NCBI GenBank assembly: GCA_035701705.1
Contig: DASSRT010000054.1
Location: 1-45,487, forward strand
From: Rhodanobacteraceae bacterium
Lineage (GTDB): Bacteria > Pseudomonadota > Gammaproteobacteria > Xanthomonadales > Rhodanobacteraceae
Direction of reading: 5' to 3'
DNA: 45,487 nt
This document shows, piece by piece, positions 9,251-19,264 of this stretch. The notes under the pieces are model-generated. The model did no database searches. It was not told where the DNA came from and was given only the letters and a program-made list of their open reading frames with translations. Both the position numbers and the translations under genes were made by a program. Numbering within the stretch: the first letter of the stretch is position 1; each line of letters starts with the position of its first letter.

Positions 9251-9287
9251 GTTTTTCATTCCCGCGACCGGCGGGATGACGGAAAAG
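9251..9287. repeat. Single REP hairpin (family A variant) between the AHAS large and small subunit genes
   Basis: GTTTTTCATTCCCGCGACCGGCGGGATGACGGAAAAG forms an imperfect palindrome, TCATTCCCGC / GCGGGATGA. It abuts the ilvB stop at 9288. Confidence 0.5.
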
Positions 9288-11153
9288 TCAGAACATCGAC
9301 GTCGATGGGATTTCATTCGCGTCAACCGCAACTGCCCCGCGTGATGCGATGAAATCGCCGGTGAGCATCTGCGCGTAGCTCGCACCCGGGCCCACCATCG
9401 GGTACACGTTGGCGTCGCGGTCGACCACGACTTCGAGGAAGGCCGGCCCATCGACGGCGAGGAATTCGGCGATGGTGGTTTCCAGCGCGGCCGGATCGGC
9501 GAGCCGGCGCGCCCACGCGAAGCCGTCGGCTTCGGCCGCCTTGATGAAATCCTTGCGACGCAGGCTTTTGTCGGTGGCCGCAAAGCGGTGGCCGAAATAC
9601 AGCTTCTGCCACTGCCGCACCATGCCGTCGACGCCGTTGTTGAGCAGCAGCACCTTCAGCGGCAGGCCGTAAGTCGTTACGGTTTCCAGCTCGCCGAGGT
9701 TCATGCGGATGCTGCCGTCGCCGTCGACGTCGATCACCAGTGCATCCGGCCGCGCGAATTGCGCGCCGATCGCCGCCGGCAGCCCGAAACCCATCGTGCC
9801 CATCGAGCCCGAGGTGAGCCACTGCCGCGGTCCGCCGAAATCGAAGTATTGCGCCGCCCACATCTGATGCTGGCCGACACCGGTGGCGATGATCGCGCGG
9901 CCTTCGGTCACGCGGTTGATCGCGGCCAGCACGGCCTGCGGCTGCAGCAATGGATTCGCGCGATCCCAGTCCATCGCGTGCGTACGCTTCAAGGCGGCGA
10001 CGTGTGCCTGCCAGTCGTCCAACGCGAGGCAGATGCCATGCGCGCGCCCGTACGCGGTCAATCGCTGCAACGCTGGCGCGAGCGAGCCGACGTGGTGCCA
10101 GGCGACCGGCTTCACCTTGCCGATTTCGGCAGGATCGACGTCGATCTGCGCGATGAATTTTGCATTCGGCGCGAAACGGGCCGGCGCGCCAGCGACGCGA
10201 TCGTCGAAGCGCGCGCCCAGCGCGAGCAGCGCGTCGCAATCCTCGACCGCGTAGTTGGCATAGGCGGTGCCGTGCATGCCGAGCATGTGCAGCGCCAACG
10301 GATGGCCGGTGTCGAGACCGCCCAGTCCCATCAAGGTGGTGGTGACCGGAACGCCGAAGGTGTCCACGAATTCCCGCAAGGCCGGCCCGGCTTCGGCTGC
10401 GATCACGCCGCCGCCCGCGTAGATCAGCGGTCGCCGCGCTGTCGCCAGCATCGCAAAGAAGGCGGCGCATTGCGCGTCCGTGAGGTGCGCACTCTCCACC
10501 GCGCGCAGCCGCGCCCGGTAACCGGGAAGCGGCAACCGGCAATCACCGTCGAAGGTCAACTTCGCGTTCTGCACGTCCTTGGGAACATCCACCACCACCG
10601 GGCCGGGGCGCCCGCTGCGGGCGATTTCGAACGCGCTGCGCAAGGTCGCTTCGAGTTGCGCGGGTTCGGTGACCAGGAACACATGCTTGGCGCAGGCGCC
10701 CATGATGTTGCTGACCGGTGCTTCCTGGAAGGCATCGCTGCCCAGCGCCGTGGTCGGCACCTGACCGGTGATCACCACCATCGGCACCGAGTCGGCCATC
10801 GCGTCGCGCACCGGCGTGGCCATGTTGGTGGCGCCGGGACCGGAGGTGACGATCGCGACGCCGGGCTTGCCCGACGCGCGCGCGTAACCGGATGCCATGA
10901 AGCCCGCGCCCTGCTCGTTGGCCGGCACCACCAGCGGCATCGGCTCGCGGCCGTCGGCATCGGTGTGCTCGGCGTTGTAACGGAACACCGCGTCGTACAC
11001 CGGCAGGATCGCGCCACCGGAGTAGCCGAACAACACCTGCATGCCCTCGTCCGCGATCACCTGCACCACGATGTCGGCGCCACTCATGGCGCAGCCGGCG
11101 AGTGGGTGGCGGTTGCTGTCGAGGGTTGCAGCGGTTTGCGTCATCACGGTCAC
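9288..11153 (-). CDS. ilvB: Acetolactate synthase (acetohydroxy-acid synthase) large catalytic subunit, ThDP-dependent
   Basis: 621 aa. GADIVVQVIADEGMQVLFGYSGGAILPVYDA and a ThDP-binding region (GSMGTMGFGLPAAIGA...DGDGS). GTG at 11153 lies 6 nt after AAGGAA; an ATG at 11144 is the alternative start. Isozyme naming is uncertain. Confidence 0.93.
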   Translation of the reverse strand: MTVMTQTAATLDSNRHPLAGCAMSGADIVVQVIADEGMQVLFGYSGGAILPVYDAVFRYNAEHTDADGREPMPLVVPANEQGAGFMASGYARASGKPGVAIVTSGPGATNMATPVRDAMADSVPMVVITGQVPTTALGSDAFQEAPVSNIMGACAKHVFLVTEPAQLEATLRSAFEIARSGRPGPVVVDVPKDVQNAKLTFDGDCRLPLPGYRARLRAVESAHLTDAQCAAFFAMLATARRPLIYAGGGVIAAEAGPALREFVDTFGVPVTTTLMGLGGLDTGHPLALHMLGMHGTAYANYAVEDCDALLALGARFDDRVAGAPARFAPNAKFIAQIDVDPAEIGKVKPVAWHHVGSLAPALQRLTAYGRAHGICLALDDWQAHVAALKRTHAMDWDRANPLLQPQAVLAAINRVTEGRAIIATGVGQHQMWAAQYFDFGGPRQWLTSGSMGTMGFGLPAAIGAQFARPDALVIDVDGDGSIRMNLGELETVTTYGLPLKVLLLNNGVDGMVRQWQKLYFGHRFAATDKSLRRKDFIKAAEADGFAWARRLADPAALETTIAEFLAVDGPAFLEVVVDRDANVYPMVGPGASYAQMLTGDFIASRGAVAVDANEIPSTSMF

Positions 11154-11162
11154 GATCGTTCC

Positions 11163-11507
11163 TTAGTTGCGGATCAGTTCGTCCTCGCTCGGAATTCCGT
11201 GCACCGGCACGCCGTAGGTCGAGATGATCTGCAGGTCCTGGGTGACCGTGGAGAAACGCTCCCACGGAATGCCGTTGACGTCGGCGTCGGTGCTGAACCC
11301 GTCGGCCGCGTCGTCTTCGAAACCGACGTGGCGCAACTGGCCAGCCGACTCGGGCTGCTGCTTGATCGAGAAGTTCAGCTGCTCGGTGCGCCACATGGCG
11401 TACTTGCCCAGTACCACGGCCTGCGGCGGCTGGCCGAGGCGGCGGCTGTAGTCGTGGATGGATGCGTCCAGGTCCGATACCGCCAGGGCGATGTGGAAAC
11501 GTTTCAT
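11163..11507 (-). CDS. Small VOC/glyoxalase-like family protein of unknown role
   Basis: 114 aa from the ATG at 11507, preceded by AGAGGAA. MKRFHIALAVSDLDASIHDYSRRLG resembles the first beta-alpha-beta module of VOC proteins. It lies between ilvC and ilvB on the same strand. Confidence 0.7.
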   Translation of the reverse strand: MKRFHIALAVSDLDASIHDYSRRLGQPPQAVVLGKYAMWRTEQLNFSIKQQPESAGQLRHVGFEDDAADGFSTDADVNGIPWERFSTVTQDLQIISTYGVPVHGIPSEDELIRN

Positions 11508-11550
11508 GGCAGGTTCCTCTGTATCGTTTGCGATGGGGTGGCGCGCACGG

Positions 11551-12564
11551 TCAACCAACCTTGCGCAGCGGTTCGGCCGTGGCCGCCGCTTCCGGTTGCA
11601 ACCAGCTCATGCGCGCGCGCAGCGCGGCACCGACCTTCTCGATCGGATGTTCGAGGTCGGCCTGCTTGTAGCGCTGGTAGTTGGGCAGGCCCGCCGCGTA
11701 CTCGGCCGTCCAGTTCTTCGCGAAGGTGCCGTCCTGGATGTCGCCGAGCACGTCGCGCATGCGCTGCTTGGTGGCCGCATCCACCACCCGCGGGCCACTG
11801 ACGAAATCGCCGTACTGCGCGGTCTCCGAAACGTACTTCAGCATCTTCGTGAGGCCGCCTTCGTAGAACAGGTCGACGATCAGCTTCAGCTCGTGCATCA
11901 CTTCGTAGTACGCGACTTCCGGCTGGTAACCGGCTTCGGTCAGGGTCTCGAAACCCTTGGTCACCAGTTCACTGACACCGCCGCACAACACCGCTTGCTC
12001 GCCGAACAGGTCGGTCTCGGTTTCTTCCTTGAAGTTGGTTTCGATCAACATTGCGCGGGTGCCGCCGATGCCGTCGGCGTAGGCGCGCGCGACATCCTGC
12101 GCATGCCCGCTCGCATCCTGCGCCACTGCAAACAGGCACGGCACGCCGCGGCCGCGCTCGTATTCGCTGCGCACCAGCGCGCCCGGCCCCTTCGGCGCCA
12201 CCATCACCACGTCGATGTCGGCGCGTGGCGTGATCTGGCCGAAGTGCACGTTGAAGCCGTGTGCGAACAGCAGCGCCGCGCCCGGCTTGATGTTCGGTTC
12301 GATCGCGTCGGCGTACAGCTTCGGCTGCACCATGTCCGGCGTCAGCACGGCGACGAGGTCGGCGCCGGCGACCGCAACCACCGGTTCGGCGACCTTGAAT
12401 CCCTCGGCGTGCGCACGCCGCCACGACGGGCCGTCCTTGCGCACGCCGACCACCACGTCGAGGCCTGAGTCGCGCAGGTTGAGCGCGTGCGCGCGGCCCT
12501 GGCTGCCGTAACCGAGTACGGCGATGCGGGACTTGGCGAGGGTGTTGCTGGAGGTGGAACTCAT
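11551..12564 (-). CDS. ilvC: Ketol-acid reductoisomerase (class I, NADP+)
   Basis: 337 aa. [24 protein letters not shown], with class I length. Confidence 0.95.
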   Translation of the reverse strand: MSSTSSNTLAKSRIAVLGYGSQGRAHALNLRDSGLDVVVGVRKDGPSWRRAHAEGFKVAEPVVAVAGADLVAVLTPDMVQPKLYADAIEPNIKPGAALLFAHGFNVHFGQITPRADIDVVMVAPKGPGALVRSEYERGRGVPCLFAVAQDASGHAQDVARAYADGIGGTRAMLIETNFKEETETDLFGEQAVLCGGVSELVTKGFETLTEAGYQPEVAYYEVMHELKLIVDLFYEGGLTKMLKYVSETAQYGDFVSGPRVVDAATKQRMRDVLGDIQDGTFAKNWTAEYAAGLPNYQRYKQADLEHPIEKVGAALRARMSWLQPEAAATAEPLRKVG

Positions 12565-12583
12565 GTGGTGTCTCCTTGGTGGG

Positions 12584-12697
12584 CCCCTCTCCCGTACGGA
12601 GAGGAGTTGGGGTGAGGGTTCGGAATCAACGAGAGGTTGCGGCGATGCCGTACCCTCATCCGGCCCTGCGGGCCACCCTCTCCCGGAGGGAGAAGGG
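12584..12697. repeat. Inverted pair of family B repeat units (CCCTCTCCCGGAGGGAGA-type hairpins)
   Basis: Left unit: CCCCTCTCCCGTACGGAGAGGAGTTGGGGTGAGGGTTCG (12584-12622). Right unit: TACCCTCATCCGGCCCTGCGGGCCACCCTCTCCCGGAGGGAGAAGGG (12651-12697), in opposite orientation. The pair sits between ilvD and ilvC and overlaps the ilvD 3' end. Confidence 0.65.
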
Positions 12698-14362
12698 TTC
12701 TGCTTCTACGGCCTGGTCGAGTTGCGTGGTCGCGCCGTCCGACGCCGAGCCGACGAGGCGCGCGAATTTGGCCAGTGCGCCGCGGGTGACCTTGGGTTGC
12801 GGCGGATTCCAGTTCGCGCGACGGCTCGCGAGATCGGCCGTGGTGCGCAGCTCGCGTTGCGCGGCGTCGATCACGACGGGATCGCCGTCGCGCAGCAGCG
12901 CGATCGGGCCGCCGCGCGCGGCTTCCGGCGCGACGTGCCCGACCATGAAGCCGTGGGTCGCGCCCGAGAAGCGTCCATCGGTGATCAAGGCGACGTCGTT
13001 GCCGAGGCCGCGCCCGATCAGCGCCGCGGTGACGCCCAGCATCTCGCGCATGCCGGGGCCGCCGGCCGGGCCTTCGTTGCGGATCACCACCACGTCGCCG
13101 GCGTGGATGCGGTCGTGCTGCACGGCCTCGAAGGCGTCTTCCTCGCTTTCGAACACGCGCGCGACGCCTTCGAACTGGCCGCCCTCGCGCGGGATTTTCA
13201 ACACGCAGCCTTCGGGCGCGAGGTTGCCGTAGAGGATCGAATAACCGCCGCGCGGCTTGATCGGTGCCGTCACCGCGTGCACGACATCCTGTTGTTGCGC
13301 GCGCGGCGCACCCGCGGCTTCGGTGAACAGCGACTTGCCGGTGACGGTGGGCGTGTCATCCAGCATCCCGGCCGAAATCAATTCCTGTGCCACCCGCGCG
13401 ACGCCGCCGGCGCCGAACAATTCCACCGCGGTGTAGCGCCCGCCGGGCAACAGGTCGGCGATCACCGGCGTGTGTTTCGAGGCCGGTTCGAAATCCTCCA
13501 GCGACCACTCGACGTCGGCCTCGCGCGCCATCGCCAGCAAATGCAGCACCGCGTTGGTGGAGCCGGCGGTCGCCGCGACCATGCGCGCGGCGTTGCGGAA
13601 GGCGCTGCGCGTCAACAACGATGAGGGTCGGCGATCGGCGGCGAGACACTCCATCACCAGTTCGCCGCAACGAAACGCCGCGGTGCCCTTGGCCGGATGC
13701 GTGGCCGGGATGTCGTTGAATCCCAGCGGCGACAGGCCGAGCGTCGTCAGCACCATCGCCATGGTGTTGGCGGTGAACTGGCCGCCGCAGGCGCCGGCGC
13801 CGCAACAGGCGTCGCGTTCGACGCTGGCGAGTTCTTCATCGTCGATCGCACCGGCGCCGTGTGCGCCCACCGCCTCGAACACCTGCTGGATCGTGATGGG
13901 ATGCTGTCTGTGCGTGCCGTGCGCGATGGTGCCGCCGTACAGCGCGACGGCGGGAATGTCGATGCGCGCCATCGCCATGGCCGCGGCAGGGATGGTCTTG
14001 TCGCAACCGCACAAAACCACCATGGCGTCGATGCAGTGGCCTTCCACCGCGGCCTCGATCGAGTCGGTGATGATCTCGCGGCTGACCAGCGAGTAGCGCA
14101 TGCCGGGCGTGCCCATGGCGATGCCATCGGTGACCGCGATGGTGTTGAATTCGACCGGCGTGCCGCCGCCGGCGCGGATGCCTGCGGCGGCCTGTTGTGC
14201 GAGCTCGCGCAAATTCAAATTGCACGGACTGACGTCCGACCAGGTGTGCACGACCGCGACCAGCGGCTTCGCGAGCGCGGCGTCGTCCATGCCCGTGGCG
14301 CGCAGCATGGCGCGGGCGGGAGCACGGTCGGGGCCAAGCTTGATCACATCACTTCGCATCAT
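12656..14362 (-). CDS. ilvD: Dihydroxy-acid dehydratase
   Basis: 568 aa from the ATG at 14362, with AGGAGCAG upstream. [25 protein letters not shown]..., CDKTIPAA, and short-form IlvD length. The upstream part of the 786-aa ORF is an out-of-frame overlap with leuB and was discarded. Confidence 0.93.
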   Translation of the reverse strand: MMRSDVIKLGPDRAPARAMLRATGMDDAALAKPLVAVVHTWSDVSPCNLNLRELAQQAAAGIRAGGGTPVEFNTIAVTDGIAMGTPGMRYSLVSREIITDSIEAAVEGHCIDAMVVLCGCDKTIPAAAMAMARIDIPAVALYGGTIAHGTHRQHPITIQQVFEAVGAHGAGAIDDEELASVERDACCGAGACGGQFTANTMAMVLTTLGLSPLGFNDIPATHPAKGTAAFRCGELVMECLAADRRPSSLLTRSAFRNAARMVAATAGSTNAVLHLLAMAREADVEWSLEDFEPASKHTPVIADLLPGGRYTAVELFGAGGVARVAQELISAGMLDDTPTVTGKSLFTEAAGAPRAQQQDVVHAVTAPIKPRGGYSILYGNLAPEGCVLKIPREGGQFEGVARVFESEEDAFEAVQHDRIHAGDVVVIRNEGPAGGPGMREMLGVTAALIGRGLGNDVALITDGRFSGATHGFMVGHVAPEAARGGPIALLRDGDPVVIDAAQRELRTTADLASRRANWNPPQPKVTRGALAKFARLVGSASDGATTQLDQAVEAEPFSLRERVARRAG

Positions 14363-14369
14363 CTGCTCC

Positions 14370-15464
14370 TCATCCACACGCGCGTTGACCGGCGAAGAAC
14401 GCCGGCTGCTGCGCTGCCGATTCAAGTTGCGCGAGCACGGCGTCACGCACTTCATGCGTGCTGGCGGTGCCACCGAGGTCGCGGCTGCGCGGACCGGCGG
14501 TGAGCACGGCATCCACCGCCGCTTCGACCGCCGCGGCTTCGGCGTCCAGTCCCAGCGAATGCCGCAACAGCAAGGCCGCCGACAGGATCGTCCCGACCGG
14601 ATTGGCGAGGCCACGCCCGGCGATGTCCGGCGCCGAACCGTGGATGGGTTCGTACACACCGCGTGTGCCGTCACCGAGCGAGGCCGAAGGCAGCAAGCCC
14701 AGCGACCCGGCCAGTGCCGCGGCTTCGTCGGTGAGGATGTCGCCGAACAGGTTTTCGGTAACGACCACGTCGTAGTTCGCCGGACGCGCCAGCAACAGCA
14801 TCGCCATCGAATCGACCAGCTGGTGTTCGAGCGTGACGTCGGGATAGTCGACGGCGACGCGATGGACGGCGCTGCGCCACAACCGCGAGGTCTCCAGCAC
14901 GTTGGCCTTGTCCACCGAGGTGACGTGCTTGCGCCGGCCGCGCGCAAGCTCGAAGGCGCGGCGGGCGACGCGCTCGACTTCCGCTTCGGTGTAACGGCAC
15001 TCGTCGGTTGCCGCATCGGCTGTGCGGGTCTTGGCGCCGAAGTAGGCGCCGCCCGTGAGTTCGCGCACGAACAGCACGTCGACCCCGGCGAGGCGTTCGG
15101 CCTTCAGCGGCGACAACTCGGCCAGCGCCGGATGCACCTTCAGCGGGCGCAGGTTGGCGTAGACGCCGAGCGCGGCGCGCAGACCGAGCAAGCCTTGTTC
15201 GGGTCGCACTTTCGCGTTCGGGTCCGACCACTTCGGCCCGCCCACCGCACCCAGCAACACCGCATCGGCGGATCGGCACGCGGCCAGCGTCGCGGCCGGC
15301 AAGGGTTCGCCGGTGGCGTCGATGGCGCAGCCGCCCATCAGGTGTTCATCGAACTGGAACGCGTGGCCGTACTGTTCGGCCACCGCGTTCAACACGGCCA
15401 CCGCGGCGGCGGTGACTTCCGGGCCGACGCCGTCGCCGGGCAGGGTGACGATGCTTGCTTTCAT
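14370..15464 (-). CDS. leuB: 3-isopropylmalate dehydrogenase
   Basis: 364 aa. [17 protein letters not shown]..., with the [26 protein letters not shown] signature. Confidence 0.95.
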   Translation of the reverse strand: MKASIVTLPGDGVGPEVTAAAVAVLNAVAEQYGHAFQFDEHLMGGCAIDATGEPLPAATLAACRSADAVLLGAVGGPKWSDPNAKVRPEQGLLGLRAALGVYANLRPLKVHPALAELSPLKAERLAGVDVLFVRELTGGAYFGAKTRTADAATDECRYTEAEVERVARRAFELARGRRKHVTSVDKANVLETSRLWRSAVHRVAVDYPDVTLEHQLVDSMAMLLLARPANYDVVVTENLFGDILTDEAAALAGSLGLLPSASLGDGTRGVYEPIHGSAPDIAGRGLANPVGTILSAALLLRHSLGLDAEAAAVEAAVDAVLTAGPRSRDLGGTASTHEVRDAVLAQLESAAQQPAFFAGQRACG

Positions 15465-15491
15465 GGTTGATGATCCTGCTGTGGAGCCGTG

Positions 15492-15583
15492 GTTTTGCCG
15501 TCATCCCGGCGCAAGCCGGGACCCAGCGCCGTGGTTGTTGGACTGAAAGTCGCTGGGTTCCGGCTTGCGCCGGAATGACGACG
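15492..15583. repeat. Family A REP pair in inverted orientation (MITE-like) between leuD and leuB
   Basis: GCCGTCATCCCGGCGCAAGCCGGGACCCAGCG (15497-15528) against CGCTGGGTTCCGGCTTGCGCCGGAATGACG (15551-15580). Each arm is itself a CCGG-loop-CCGG hairpin. Confidence 0.7.
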
Positions 15584-15609
15584 GAAGGCAGCGGTGTGAT
15601 CGATGGACT

Positions 15610-16194
15610 TCATGCGGCCCGCCCGATGCGTGACTCGAACCGATGTATGGCGTCAGCGTGCTGTTGCAGGAACCCGAGTTGATCCACGCCCTCCAGCAGG
15701 CAGTGGCGGGCGAAGGGTTCGAGTTCGAAGGCGATCGGCTCGGCGCCGGCGCGGCGGATCAGCTGCGCGCGCACGTCGATCGCGAGTTCAACGCCGGGGT
15801 GGTCGAGCAGCCAGCGATGTTCGTCGCGACCGACCACGATCGCGAGCAGGCCGTTCTTCAGCGCGTTGTTGCGGAAGATGTCGGCGATCTCGGACGACAG
15901 CACCGCGCGGATGCCGTAGTCGAGCAAGGCCCACGGCGCGTGTTCGCGCGAGGAGCCGCAGCCGAAGTTGCGACCGGCGACGAGGATCTCGCAATCCTGC
16001 GCTGCCGGTACATTCAGCGGAAACATCGGGTCATCGCTGCCATCGGCGCGGTAGCGCCAATCGTTGAAGCAGACGCGGCCCAGGCCCGCGCGCGTGGTGG
16101 TGGTGAGGAAGCGCGCGGGGATGATGCGGTCGGTGTCGATGTTTTCGTCCGCCAGTACCGCGGTGCGTGACTGGATGACGGTGACGGGATTCAT
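15610..16194 (-). CDS. leuD: 3-isopropylmalate dehydratase small subunit
   Basis: 194 aa from the ATG at 16194, which overlaps the leuC stop as [15 protein letters not shown] and [17 protein letters not shown] motifs. Confidence 0.93.
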   Translation of the reverse strand: MNPVTVIQSRTAVLADENIDTDRIIPARFLTTTTRAGLGRVCFNDWRYRADGSDDPMFPLNVPAAQDCEILVAGRNFGCGSSREHAPWALLDYGIRAVLSSEIADIFRNNALKNGLLAIVVGRDEHRWLLDHPGVELAIDVRAQLIRRAGAEPIAFELEPFARHCLLEGVDQLGFLQQHADAIHRFESRIGRAA

Positions 16195-17621
16195 GCGGCT
16201 TGCTCCTCGACGGCGAGGTCGGTCAGGTAATCGCGCGGGTCGGCGATCACGCCGGCCACGGCGGATGCGGCGGCGGTCGCGGGGCTGGCCAGCACGGTGC
16301 GCGCACCCTTGCCCTGGCGGCCCTCGAAATTGCGATTGGAGGTCGAGACGACCAGCTGCCCCGGTTGCGCCATGTCGCCATTCATCGCGATGCACATCGA
16401 ACAACCGGGCAGGCGCCATTCCGCACCGGCGGCGCGAAACACCTCGTGCAGGCCTTCGGCTTCGGCGTCGCGACGGACCTGTTCCGAGCCCGGCACCACC
16501 AGCATCCGCACGCCCTCGGCGACGCGGCGGCCGCGCAGCACGTTCGCGGCTTCGCGCAAGTCCGGCAGGCGACCGTTGGTGCAACTGCCGACGAACACCA
16601 CGTCAACCTTCGTGCCCTGCATCGGCTTGCCGGCCGCGGCTTGCATGTAGTCGAGCGCGCGCTGTTCCAGCGCGTCGTGCGCCGCCGGCACCGGCGCGTC
16701 CAGCGCAATCGCCATGCCGGGGTGGGTGCCGTAGGTGATGGTGGGTTGCACCGTCGCCGCGTCGATGTGCACCTCGTGGTCGTAGCGCGCACCCGGGTCG
16801 GTCTTGAGTTCGCGCCACGTCGTCACGGCCGCGTCCCACGCTGCGCCCTGCGGCGCGCGTGGACGGCCCTGCAACCAGGCGAAGGTGGTGGCGTCCGGCG
16901 CGATCAGGCCGGCGCGCGCACCGGCTTCGATCGACATGTTGCAGACCGTCATGCGCGCTTCCATCGACAGCGCCGCGATCGCCGCGCCGCGGTATTCGAT
17001 GACGTGGCCGGTGCCACCGTTCACGCCGATCTTGCCGATGATGTGCAGGATCAGGTCCTTGGCGCCGACGCCTGCCGGCAGTTCGCCATCGACGTGGATC
17101 GCCAGCGTTTTCGGTTTGCGTTGCAGCAGGCATTGCGTCGCCAGCACATGGCCGACTTCGGTGGTGCCGATGCCGAACGCCAGCGCGCCGAAGGCGCCGT
17201 GCGTCGAGGTGTGGCTGTCGCCGCAGACGATGGTCATGCCGGGTTGGGTGGCGCCGAGTTCCGGCCCCAGCACGTGCACCACGCCACGTTCGCTGCTGTC
17301 CCAGCCGTGCAGGTCGATGCCGAACTCGCGGCAGTTGGCTTCCAGCCGCGCGACCTGGGCGCGGGCTTCGGGCGTTGCGTAGGGGCGCTCGCCATCGGCG
17401 CCAGCCGGCAGCGTCGGGATCGAATGATCGAGCGTCGCCAGGGTGCGGTCGGTACGCCGCACGCGGAGCGCTTGCGCGCGCAGCACGTCGAAGGCTTGTG
17501 GCGAGGTGACTTCGTGCACCAGTTGCAGGTCGATGTAGAGCACGGCCGGTGTCGCCGCGGTTTCGGCGACGACGACGTGCGCGTCCCAGATCTTGTCGAA
17601 CAGCGTGCGCGGCGCGTTCAT
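16191..17621 (-). CDS. leuC: 3-isopropylmalate dehydratase large subunit
   Basis: 476 aa. [17 protein letters not shown], plus aconitase-family Cys ligand regions ([15 protein letters not shown]). Confidence 0.95.
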   Translation of the reverse strand: MNAPRTLFDKIWDAHVVVAETAATPAVLYIDLQLVHEVTSPQAFDVLRAQALRVRRTDRTLATLDHSIPTLPAGADGERPYATPEARAQVARLEANCREFGIDLHGWDSSERGVVHVLGPELGATQPGMTIVCGDSHTSTHGAFGALAFGIGTTEVGHVLATQCLLQRKPKTLAIHVDGELPAGVGAKDLILHIIGKIGVNGGTGHVIEYRGAAIAALSMEARMTVCNMSIEAGARAGLIAPDATTFAWLQGRPRAPQGAAWDAAVTTWRELKTDPGARYDHEVHIDAATVQPTITYGTHPGMAIALDAPVPAAHDALEQRALDYMQAAAGKPMQGTKVDVVFVGSCTNGRLPDLREAANVLRGRRVAEGVRMLVVPGSEQVRRDAEAEGLHEVFRAAGAEWRLPGCSMCIAMNGDMAQPGQLVVSTSNRNFEGRQGKGARTVLASPATAAASAVAGVIADPRDYLTDLAVEEQAA

Positions 17622-18856
17622 GCGGCGGCTCCCACCACCGGCGCCTTCGGCGCGCGGCCGGCAGCGCGGCCACGCATCAGCGCGTGCAGATCGTCGTCGG
17701 CGATTTCGCGCTTGCGGTCGGCCAGCGACTTGAAGCGCGCGAAAATTTCGTCCAACGCCGATTCGTCGGGGTCGTGTCCCAACGCGGCGAGTCGCGCACG
17801 CAGCGCCGCGCGGCCGGAGTGCTTGCCGAGTACCAGCCGCGTCCCGCTGAAACCGACGTCTTCCGGGCGCATGATTTCGTAGGTGCCGCGGTGCTTCAGC
17901 ATGCCGTGCTGGTGGATGCCGGATTCATGCGCGAAGGCGTTGGCGCCGACCACCGCCTTGTTGCGCGGCACGGCATGTTTGGTGAGCCCGGCCAGCAACT
18001 GCGAGGCCGGATACAACCTGTGCGTGTCGATGCCGGTGGCAACGCCGAAGTATTCGGCGCGCACCTTCAGCGCCATCACGACTTCTTCCAGCGCGGCATT
18101 GCCGGCGCGTTCGCCGATGCCGTTGATGGTGCATTCGACCTGGCGCGCACCGGCGCCGATCGCGGCGAGGCTGTTGGCGACCGCCATGCCGAGGTCGTCG
18201 TGGCAGTGTCCGGAAAACACCAGCTTGTCCGCGCCCGGCACGTGGCTGCGCAGGTAGCGGAACAGGCCCGCCATCTCCGGCGGCGTGGTGTAGCCGACGG
18301 TGTCGGGCACGTTCAGCGTGGTCGCGCCGGCCGCGGCCACCGCGCTGAATACTTCGGCGAGGAAATCCCATTCGGTGCGGGTGGCATCCTCGGCGGAGAA
18401 CTCCACCTCGTCGACGCACTGGCTGGCGCGCTCGACCGCCTTGATCGCCGTGTCCAGCACTTGCGCGCGGCTCATCCCGAGCTTGTATTCGCGGTGCAGC
18501 GGGCTGGTGGACAGGAACAGGTGGATCCGCGAACGCTGCGCCTTCGCCAGCGCGCGTCCGGCGCTGTCGATGTCGCCGGCGACGCAACGTGCGAGGCCGC
18601 ACACCGTGGTGTGCTGAAGCGCGCCGGCGATTTCGGCAACCGCGGCGGCATCATCCGGCGAGGCTTGCGGGAAGCCCGCTTCGAGCACGTCGACCCCCAG
18701 CGATTCGAGCATTTGTGCCATGCACAATTTGGCCTTGCGATCGAGCGCAAAGCCGGGCGACTGCTCGCCATCGCGCAGGGTGGTGTCGAAAACCAGCACG
18801 CGGCCGGTGCATACCTCGCCGGGTTCGCCGGACTCGTTGCTTTGCTGGGTTTCCAT
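17618..18856 (-). CDS. leuA: 2-isopropylmalate synthase family enzyme, short form lacking the C-terminal allosteric (LeuA-dimer/R) domain
   Basis: 412 aa. [30 protein letters not shown] and the linker [18 protein letters not shown]...[19 protein letters not shown]. The ORF then ends and overlaps the leuC start as ATGA. A CimA or homocitrate-synthase-like activity cannot be excluded. Confidence 0.85.
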   Translation of the reverse strand: METQQSNESGEPGEVCTGRVLVFDTTLRDGEQSPGFALDRKAKLCMAQMLESLGVDVLEAGFPQASPDDAAAVAEIAGALQHTTVCGLARCVAGDIDSAGRALAKAQRSRIHLFLSTSPLHREYKLGMSRAQVLDTAIKAVERASQCVDEVEFSAEDATRTEWDFLAEVFSAVAAAGATTLNVPDTVGYTTPPEMAGLFRYLRSHVPGADKLVFSGHCHDDLGMAVANSLAAIGAGARQVECTINGIGERAGNAALEEVVMALKVRAEYFGVATGIDTHRLYPASQLLAGLTKHAVPRNKAVVGANAFAHESGIHQHGMLKHRGTYEIMRPEDVGFSGTRLVLGKHSGRAALRARLAALGHDPDESALDEIFARFKSLADRKREIADDDLHALMRGRAAGRAPKAPVVGAAA

Positions 18857-18892
18857 GGGTCGACTCCGTTGGGGGAAGCCGGGCCTTGGGCA

Positions 18893-18927
18893 ACAAAAAA
18901 CCCCGCGCCATCTCTGGTGCGGGGTTC
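18893..18927 (-). terminator. Rho-independent terminator (attenuator) between the leader ORF and leuA
   Basis: Minus-strand RNA reads AACCCCGCAC-CAGAGAUG-GCGCGGGGUUUUUUGUUG: a GC stem followed by U6. It lies 37 nt upstream of the leuA ATG. Confidence 0.75.
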
Positions 18928-18972
18928 CTTGGGTGTTTTCAGGTTTGTTTCAGTTCACCTGGACACTAGCCC

Positions 18973-19158
18973 TCAGCCCGCACCTCCGTGGCTAATAAGA
19001 AGGACGAGTACGAGGGCAATGAGCAAGGTGCCGAGCGCAAGCGGCAACCGTTCGACCGCGATGACGCGGGTCGAGAGGGTGAGGCTGCGGGGGATGTTGC
19101 GCTGCGGCATGGAACGAACGTATCGCAGGTTGCGGAAGCCTGTCAACAACTTTCTCAT
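18973..19158 (-). promoter_or_regulatory. Leu/Ile/Val-rich leader peptide ORF of the leu-ilv operon (attenuation control)
   Basis: The 61-aa ORF ends ...LPLALGTLLIALVLVLLISHGGAG, with 9 Leu, 2 Ile and 2 Val in its last 24 codons. Its last codons, GGUGCGGG (18984-18977), are a perfect complement of the 5' arm of the downstream terminator (CCCGCACC). An internal ATG at 19110 is an alternative start. Confidence 0.6.
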
Positions 19159-19264
19159 GATGATTTCTTCTTAGCCCGCTGCGTTGGCGTTTGGACGGCT
19201 GGCCGTCTGGATGCTTGCGCCCGTTTTTTGCGGCACCAGGGCGTGCATGGTGGTACGTGGTCGA

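Noticed and set aside
8623-9352. ORFs 8623-9009(+), 8635-8925(-) and 8711-9352(+) in the copA-ilvN spacer
   Set aside because: They run through REP/MITE sequence (the characteristic translation is ...VIPAQAGTQ...). They lack an RBS and overlap ilvN on the other strand.
12656-15016. 786-aa ORF, and similar long N-terminal extensions at 20578-22107, 23073-25025, 24026-27088, 15610-16584, 33717-35447 and 27411-28733
   Set aside because: The extensions are Arg/Pro/Ala-rich and overlap neighbouring, clearly homologous genes in other frames. Internal starts with an RBS or ATGA coupling give products of canonical length. This is a high-GC open-frame artefact.
19159-19264. Terminator after thrC and promoter for the leu-ilv leader
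   Set aside because: Only a 5-bp GACGG/CCGTC stem without a U-tract was found, and there is no convincing -35/-10 pair. Left unannotated.
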